From the NCBI GenBank assembly GCA_045598585.1, contig JAZLMG010000039.1, forward strand, positions 31,558-95,557: 64,000 nucleotides of DNA. Direction: 5' to 3'. Both the position numbers and the translations under genes were made by a program. Below the pieces are notes generated by a model. It saw only the letters and a list, made by a program, of their open reading frames with translations. It was not told where the DNA came from and searched no databases. Origin of the DNA: Kiritimatiellia bacterium (lineage in GTDB: Bacteria > Verrucomicrobiota > Kiritimatiellia > RFP12 > UBA1067). Shown here in pieces: positions 58,885-64,000 of the stretch (position 1 is its first letter; every line of letters begins with the position of its first letter).

Positions 58885-61356
58885 TTATCTCTTTAGAAAT
58901 TCATACTCGTACACCTTTGGCTCGATTTTTGCCGCGAGGTTCTTCATAGCCGCCTTAAGCTTGCCGTTAAGCTCGTTGTACTTCTCATCACTAGAAGTCG
59001 AATTCATTTGCTCCTTACCGGAAGCCATAATCTTCGTGCCTTGAAAGTACTTGCGAATATCATAGTATGAAGCATTGACATCTACACCCGGCTTGGAATG
59101 ATAGTATCGCCAAAGCTCCCGCCCAGTATTTAAGACTTCTTGCGCTTCCGAAGAAATCACCGGCTGCGAAATCTCTTTATCAAAGAGTTCGTCTCTCTTT
59201 TGCGCTATCTTACCGGCAAGGAAATCGCTCATGAAGTGCGATGTGAAACAATCTGCCGCGCCAACCTCGTCTTCCGTAAACGGAATCCAATGATTGATGC
59301 CGTGTTTGGATTGAATTACGTTACTAAATAAAGCAAATATCAAGCAGTTGGTTTTAAATTCCGAATCCACTTCGCCACCATTCGGATAAAGAAATTGGTC
59401 TCTATCATTCAACCAGCTCTCTTCTACAACATGCCTGATTGAATAATAAACACACGTTTCAAAAATATTCTTTGCCGTTATCTTTGTATAAAGACATTCT
59501 TCAATATCATTCTTCGACAATTTGTTACACACAAAAACATCCTTATTATGTTGCATATCAGTTCCCAGCATACGAAGATAAGCAACTTCCACCCCTTGTT
59601 TATCATGGAATTGTCTTAGCCACTTTATTACGTAACCAGAACCATCATACGACCAAATTTGTTTATTCCCGCAAAAATGTCCATCTCTCTCATATACATC
59701 CGCTACGATGTGCGAGAAACTTTCCTCGCCTCCTACCTTCCAGATAAAGAATCCTATCGGGAATGCTCCTCGTACATTATCGAACGTATTTGCAGGTACT
59801 ACAAAGCATTTCTTTGATAGAGTTGCTTTTAAAAAGGCACGGAACTTTATAAAGTTTGAAGCCTGCAATGCTTTTAATGTCGAAAACTGACCTACAACAC
59901 AGCCTGATAACTCTGACTTAATCCTATACAAGAATTGTGCAAACAGCTCTCTTGCTGCAGTTCCTATTTCTGTTTGCGATTTTCGATAAATCATTGTTTC
60001 CTTCGCAACTCCGGACATATTCTTTCCGCTATGCGAAATTTGTTTTGCGTCAGAATGTTCCTTATATGGCGGATTGATATAGATAACGAGTTTCTTTCGC
60101 TTTTCGGGATCGTTGACGATGTCTCTTAAACCCTCCGGCAACTTGTCAAACGAATCGTTTAGAAAGTCGAACTGGAAGACATGACTGTCAAGAAGATTCG
60201 CGCCATTCTTAATGCGCTCGTGCATGACATCAACATCTTGCTGGTCAAGCGTAGAAGCCCAGACCTTATACTTATTAGTTAGTCCAGATTCCATATTGCC
60301 CGTACCAGCACAACAATCCCAAATAACATACTCATCTTGCCAATTCTCGCCTAACTCCATTGCAAGATACTCTTGTGAAAGCTCCACCCACTTCTGAGGA
60401 GTAAAGAATGCCCCCTTCCTTTCTCGTACATCTTGAGGGACCAACAAATCCAAACGCTTAACAATGTAATTCCAATAATCCTTGCGCGGAGGTCGCTTAT
60501 ATCGGCGCCAAAATTCCGCATAAGCATTAAGACCTTCTTCCGTCTTGAATCCGAATGTCAACTCAAAGGAGAGCTCATCAGCATTTGTTCGCTGAACGCG
60601 ATACTTATTCTTCTCTTTCGCATTGAAAGTTATATAAAAGTCGTGCGCGATTGTATCATCGGTCAAATCTGTCGTGCCATTGTCGTCTACATTGAGCTCT
60701 GCCAAATAGAAATCCCGGTCATACAACGAATATTTTGTCTTCAAAGTGTCCCACGGTGCATTGATGTGCGGCAACACCGCCTCTCGCCACTTGCGATAGA
60801 TATGCGTGAAATTGTTCTTGTCAATCTGAATGCGCGAAACATCCTTACGACCGGTCTTAAAATTATCTTTGATGAACTTCTTCAGCTCTGCCTCGTCTGA
60901 CTCGAAATTAAAGAGCAGTGACTTCGTGGCAATAGTCCTCTTCGCTAACGCGTATAGCTGGGTAAATTCCTTGGATTCATGATTACTCGGAGGGACGTTC
61001 CAATTGAAATCATTCTGAGAAAATACCGCCATTACCGCATTGTATGGCAAGAACGCAATCTTCTCAGCATCGAACGCCCCTAAGAAAAGCGGAGGGTGTT
61101 CCGCGTCAAAAGTACGGGCGCGTCCAATCGTTAGAATCAATTGGACAAAACTTTCATGAATATCTTTACGAACACCCGCCTTCGCCTCAGCCCAAAGCGC
61201 ATTTTCAGCTTCAAAAAGAGCTAACTCTGTTGCAGGAATGGCAACGCAAAAGTCAACCTTCCCGATAATACGAGTAGTATCGTATTCCGCGAACCAATCT
61301 GCCGCGACCTTGTTCTTGAGTTCTTCCTCAAGCAGCCCTATCGGATATTTTGACAT
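58885..61356 (-). CDS. Large N6-adenine DNA methyltransferase (gamma class); possible Type IIG/MmeI-like architecture
   Basis: 823 aa from ATG 61356 (GAGG 7 nt upstream; the ORF-track TTG at 61389 is less likely). Motifs FFTPQKW, motif I VIWDCCAGTGNM and motif IV IYINPPYKEH. About 340 aa N-terminal and 330 aa C-terminal extra sequence. Confidence 0.8.
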   Translation of the reverse strand: MSKYPIGLLEEELKNKVAADWFAEYDTTRIIGKVDFCVAIPATELALFEAENALWAEAKAGVRKDIHESFVQLILTIGRARTFDAEHPPLFLGAFDAEKIAFLPYNAVMAVFSQNDFNWNVPPSNHESKEFTQLYALAKRTIATKSLLFNFESDEAELKKFIKDNFKTGRKDVSRIQIDKNNFTHIYRKWREAVLPHINAPWDTLKTKYSLYDRDFYLAELNVDDNGTTDLTDDTIAHDFYITFNAKEKNKYRVQRTNADELSFELTFGFKTEEGLNAYAEFWRRYKRPPRKDYWNYIVKRLDLLVPQDVRERKGAFFTPQKWVELSQEYLAMELGENWQDEYVIWDCCAGTGNMESGLTNKYKVWASTLDQQDVDVMHERIKNGANLLDSHVFQFDFLNDSFDKLPEGLRDIVNDPEKRKKLVIYINPPYKEHSDAKQISHSGKNMSGVAKETMIYRKSQTEIGTAARELFAQFLYRIKSELSGCVVGQFSTLKALQASNFIKFRAFLKATLSKKCFVVPANTFDNVRGAFPIGFFIWKVGGEESFSHIVADVYERDGHFCGNKQIWSYDGSGYVIKWLRQFHDKQGVEVAYLRMLGTDMQHNKDVFVCNKLSKNDIEECLYTKITAKNIFETCVYYSIRHVVEESWLNDRDQFLYPNGGEVDSEFKTNCLIFALFSNVIQSKHGINHWIPFTEDEVGAADCFTSHFMSDFLAGKIAQKRDELFDKEISQPVISSEAQEVLNTGRELWRYYHSKPGVDVNASYYDIRKYFQGTKIMASGKEQMNSTSSDEKYNELNGKLKAAMKNLAAKIEPKVYEYEFLKR

Positions 61357-61643
61357 CTTCTTGCCTCGTTGTTTTCCACAACCAAGCAAAGAAGGTTCGG
61401 GGTTGGCATTCCCTTACTTGATTCATATTCTCCAGAGGCACCGTGGAATTGAGGCCCGAACAAGATTACAAAACAAGCAGACGGAATGCGCCCCGAAGAG
61501 GTGCATTCCTATCAACTTGCCGTTCTTGTTCAGTATACTTTCCACGGTTTCCTGGAGAACGCCAGTTGTAGTTACGCTTTAAATTCTCTACCGCGGCATT
61601 CACCGCGCATCCGGCAGGATTTCTCCCCCGCCGAACATTGAAT

Positions 61644-61673
61644 ATTATACCATTTTCACCGCACGGCTGTCAT
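61644..61673 (-). promoter_or_regulatory. Promoter in cassette copy B: -35 ATGACA, 18-nt spacer, extended -10 TGGTATAAT
   Basis: Minus-strand reading: ATGACA (61673-61668), TGGTATAAT (61652-61644). It lies about 290 nt upstream of the methyltransferase ATG. Confidence 0.45.
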
Positions 61674-61913
61674 CAACATTTTGCCTACGGGAGAGAATTT
61701 CCGTGCGGCACGGGAAGATCGTTTCGTGCGGCACGAAAACTTCTTTCGGTGCGGCAGGGAATGCACGAGGGTTAGTTAGCGGGAGTGTTCACGTTAGGCG
61801 AAGCGGTAATGCAACTCTAGTCTAAAAAGAGCGTCTTTTCTACACTAGAGCGATACCCCTCTCTAACCTAAAACTCGCCGCGATTCTAGCTTAGAATTAC
61901 GCGTACTCTAACC
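61668..61913. repeat. Copy B of the duplicated non-coding cassette (copy A at 16737-16913), with 69 extra bp
   Basis: 61668-61802 matches 16737-16871 at 134/135 positions. 61881-61913 matches 16881-16913 at 33/33. The 3 x 23-bp repeat lies at 61699-61767. Confidence 0.9.
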
Positions 61914-61921
61914 AAGAGTTT

Positions 61922-62212
61922 TTAGCTGCCTCGGGCGGGGTTAACTTGATACTTTAGCGCCCTTCGCGCCGCTTTCGCACCATCGGCTCCGGTAATAATG
62001 TGCTTATATACTCTTGCCACTCGAGTTACCGGCCTTTCTTTTGTCAAAGCCGATATCTCGACGAAAACTTTTACAACCTCATCGTTCGTAACGTTTAATA
62101 CATTTACATTATTATCTTTATTAACGGTTGTAATTTTTGCATTCTCGGGTGCAAAATTTGCATTCGCAGATACAAGATTTGCACTCTTCGTAGCATTTTT
62201 CACCTCCTCCAT
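61922..62212 (-). CDS. Hypothetical small N/K/V-rich protein (doubtful ORF)
   Basis: 96 aa. No convincing SD, no recognisable motif, and the 3' end overlaps the duplicated cassette. Confidence 0.2.
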   Translation of the reverse strand: MEEVKNATKSANLVSANANFAPENAKITTVNKDNNVNVLNVTNDEVVKVFVEISALTKERPVTRVARVYKHIITGADGAKAARRALKYQVNPARGS

Positions 62213-62283
62213 AGTTACGGCCGGAAGCTCTTGCCCTTCCTTATTCCGCCGCGGGAGGCAAATGAAGCCGTCGACTCGGTCGA

Positions 62284-62342
62284 GTCGAGCGCTCGACTAC
62301 CCCTCGGTGTAGCGCTACACCAATGGCAAGAGAAGCGCTTCT
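62284..62342. repeat. Three perfect palindromes, all centred on AGCGCT, at exact 23-bp centre-to-centre spacing
   Basis: gtcgAGCGCTcgac (62284-62297), ggtgtAGCGCTacacc (62306-62321) and agaAGCGCTtct (62331-62342). Centres at 62290.5, 62313.5 and 62336.5. Confidence 0.9.
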
Positions 62343-62407
62343 TTTGGCTTGACCAGCATAGAGGTTTGCCTTGCTGTGGACTAAATGCGATAAATGGCCG
62401 TTCTAAA

Positions 62408-62495
62408 AAGAGTGACTCTTTGAGCCCGAAAGAGTGACTCTCCGAGGCAAAAAGAGTGACTCATTTAGATCGAAAGAGTCACTCTCCGCGATTGG
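62408..62495. repeat. 4 x 22-bp array: conserved 11-bp core AAGAGTGACTC (fourth copy AAGAGTCACTC) plus variable 11-bp spacers (iteron-like)
   Basis: Cores start at 62408, 62430, 62452 and 62474. The core contains the dyad GAGTGACTC. Confidence 0.9.
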
Positions 62496-62527
62496 CAATG
62501 CTACATCTTGATATCGAATGATTAAAT

Positions 62528-62832
62528 TTGCCGCGGGAGGGAGGAGAAGATTTCGGTAGCATGTGCAGCGACGGAGGGGAAAGTCTGCATGCGACCCGAT
62601 TTTGACGCGCCATAACCGCCGAACGAAGTGAGTGGCCGAGGCAAAGCCGAGGGGATAGCCGAGCGAAGCGAGTGCCGAGTTTTTCGCTTAAGCGAGCTTG
62701 CTCGCGGGTTAGGCGCTGACCGAAGCGAAAATGAAAGGCCGCAAAATCGATGTCGACCTGACTTTATCCTCCGGAAATTGCGCAGCAATTTAGCAAATAC
62801 GGCTACCGAAAACTTCTCCTCCCGTACGCGGC
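62528..62832. mobile_element. MITE-like element: 32-bp imperfect terminal inverted repeats (22-bp core with 1 mismatch) flanking about 240 bp
   Basis: gggaggagaagatttcggtagc (62538-62559) versus the reverse complement of gctaccgaaaacttctcctccc (62801-62822). The outer tgccgcg / cgcggca extension pairs too. The interior has GCCGAG-rich direct repeats and the dyad gcgagcttgctcgc. Confidence 0.4.
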
Positions 62833-62856
62833 ACTTTTCTTATCTGCCGCGGAACT

Positions 62857-63330
62857 CTATCGCAGTTGCAGCTTTTCGGGGCGGAAGTATTTTACGCCCC
62901 ACTTCCGCGCTTCAGCGTGAGTCGGAAACCAAATGTCGATGTGTCGCCCCTTGATCGCTCCGCCGATATCTTCGACGACGCCCTCCCCATAGCCGGGAAT
63001 GTATAGCTTCGTGCCGAATTTGTAAACCTTCGGATCCGCGGCAATTGTGCCGCGCTTGGCGACTTTGCCGGAAGCGGTAACGCCGACTTTCTTCGGCTTC
63101 CCTTTCATCTTCCCATAAGTATAAACGGGGCCGCCTAAACCGAACCAACTCTTTTTCCACCCACAACACTTCTCGCAGTTGCAGTACCCCGTGACCATCA
63201 CGAGTGTCGGATCGATCTTCGATTCCTGCCGCGGCTTCTTCTTTTTCGCGGCACTTTTCTCGGTATAGCATGCCCCGACTCCCAGCGCCAGGAGTAGGAA
63301 GATAAGCGCTCTAAACTTCCACTTCATCAA
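62857..63330 (-). CDS. 3D-domain lipoprotein (MltA-like 3D domain)
   Basis: 157 aa. Signal peptide plus lipobox LALGVGAC. GTIAADPKVYKFGTKLYIPGYGEGVVEDIGGAIKGRHIDIW is a 3D-domain pattern. Confidence 0.7.
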   Translation of the reverse strand: MMKWKFRALIFLLLALGVGACYTEKSAAKKKKPRQESKIDPTLVMVTGYCNCEKCCGWKKSWFGLGGPVYTYGKMKGKPKKVGVTASGKVAKRGTIAADPKVYKFGTKLYIPGYGEGVVEDIGGAIKGRHIDIWFPTHAEARKWGVKYFRPEKLQLR

Positions 63331-63983
63331 CCGCTTACGATTTGGACTCCGGCGGAAGTGCCAAGTCGCGTCGCTCCCGCTTCAATCATCTTCAGGGCCG
63401 TCTCTTTATCGCGGATTCCACCCGCTGCCTTGACGCCCATCTCGCTTCCGACAGTCTTGCGCATAAGCTCGACATCGTGGATTGTGGCGCCGCCCTTTCC
63501 GAAGCCGGTCGAAGTCTTGACGAAGTCGAAGCCCGCTTCTTTCGCCAAAAGGCAAGCGAGGACTTTCTCGTCATCCGTCAAATTGCAGCACTCGATGATG
63601 AGCTTCGTCAGTATCTTGCGCTCTTCCGTCTTTACTGCGGCAATTATGAGCTTCAATTCTTCGCGGCACTTTTCGGGCTCATACTTTAAAAGGCGCTGGT
63701 TGATGACAAAGTCGAGTTCCTCCGCGCTCTCCTCGATCGCAGTCAGCGCTTCGAAGATTTGGACTTTGGCGGTAGCTTGGCCGAGCGGGAAGCCGATTAC
63801 CGTGCAGACCTTCGTGTTCGAACCCTTGAGAAGTTCGGCCGCTTTCTTCACTTCGGCGGGATTGACGCAAACTGTCGCGAAATCATGCTCACGCGCTTCG
63901 CGGCAAAGTTTCTCAATCGCATCTTTCTCTCCATCACTCTTAAGAAAGGTGTGATCAATATATCGAGCCAAATCATTTATCAT
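63327..63983 (-). CDS. deoC: Deoxyribose-phosphate aldolase
   Basis: 218 aa. IDHTFLK, VCVNP and the Schiff-base region FVKTSTGF. Confidence 0.9.
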   Translation of the reverse strand: MINDLARYIDHTFLKSDGEKDAIEKLCREAREHDFATVCVNPAEVKKAAELLKGSNTKVCTVIGFPLGQATAKVQIFEALTAIEESAEELDFVINQRLLKYEPEKCREELKLIIAAVKTEERKILTKLIIECCNLTDDEKVLACLLAKEAGFDFVKTSTGFGKGGATIHDVELMRKTVGSEMGVKAAGGIRDKETALKMIEAGATRLGTSAGVQIVSG

Positions 63984-64000
63984 CGCTATTCCTATCTCCT

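Noticed and set aside
61998-62437. Plus-strand ORFs 61998-62312 (104 aa) and 62231-62437 (68 aa), plus ORFs 62522-62788 (minus strand) and 62628-62954 (plus strand), all in the repeat-rich region.
   Set aside because: They have no SD sequences, low-complexity F/T/S-rich or R/S-rich translations, and they are built across palindromes and repeats. They are treated as non-coding.
62408-62495. Considered whether the 22-bp periodic repeats are a CRISPR array.
   Set aside because: The repeat core is only 11 bp, the spacers are 11 bp, there are only four units, and no cas genes or leader are present. That geometry is incompatible with CRISPR.
62560-62600. GACGGAGGGGAAAGTCTGCATGC resembles the universally conserved GAGGAAAGUCC of RNase P RNA. 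A similar GGAGGATAAAGTCAGG occurs on the other strand near 62760.
   Set aside because: The other conserved RNase P blocks (for example ACAGAA.CCGGCUUA and the P4 3' strand) are absent on either strand. The similarity arises on both strands from the element's inverted symmetry.

Overview
Bacterial chromosomal segment, about 90% coding and transcribed mostly on the minus strand. All identifications come from reading the supplied translations and the DNA by eye; no database search was run.

Layout:
(1) 1-9.5 kb: housekeeping operon with a Sel1-like protein, a methyltransferase-like ORF, hisS, proS, uvrA, rho and a queH-coaE fusion. It sits directly downstream of a tRNA-Gly/Lys/Phe cluster.
(2) 9.6-12.2 kb: small accessory islet with a class II Fic protein and a DUF3791-DUF3990-DUF3791 triplet. 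It abuts a truncated GT2 gene remnant.
(3) 12.25-33.7 kb: large surface-glycan locus. It carries rfbA/C/D, an FdtA/FdtB-like 3-amino-sugar branch, ugd, GT2/GT4/GT8/GT10-like/GT-A enzymes, two RgpF-like proteins, DUF4422, two kinase-like proteins and six domain copies of a DUF1796-like family that show recent rearrangements. Two tandem MsbA-like ABC half-transporters and a translationally coupled membrane protein follow it.
(4) 38.5-47 kb: PP2C phosphatase, a MurE-like/Ung fusion ORF, queF-rsmD-queD, a LysM protein, yajC and tgt, then a plus-strand coiled-coil protein, small lipoprotein and RluD-like gene.
(5) 47-56.6 kb: tightly packed glnN(GSIII)-purF-like-carA-pyrG-carB operon behind a textbook sigma-54 promoter.
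(6) ldhA, then a roughly 5 kb A+T-richer island (57.8-62.9 kb). It carries an HNH nuclease and a large gamma-class N6-adenine methyltransferase, followed by about 1.5 kb of almost ORF-free DNA packed with periodic repeat arrays.
(7) A 3D-domain lipoprotein and deoC.

Most unusual signals:
- A 135-bp promoter/operator cassette (3 x 23-bp CGTGC-G-GCACG repeats) occurs twice, 45 kb apart, at 134/135 identity. One copy lies upstream of a glycan gene, the other upstream of the methyltransferase.
- Three AGCGCT-centred palindromes sit at an exact 23-bp period.
- Four AAGAGTGACTC cores sit at an exact 22-bp period.
- Several IR-flanked MITE-like elements are present.
- The DUF1796-like family is expanded and rearranged, including an in-frame domain deletion and an in-frame TGA that cuts off a conserved tail.
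- Extended -10 boxes (TGnTATAAT) lie 7-9 nt from start codons, implying leaderless mRNAs.
- Two unusual gene fusions are present: QueH-CoaE and MurE-like-Ung.

The taxon cannot be assigned from the sequence alone.
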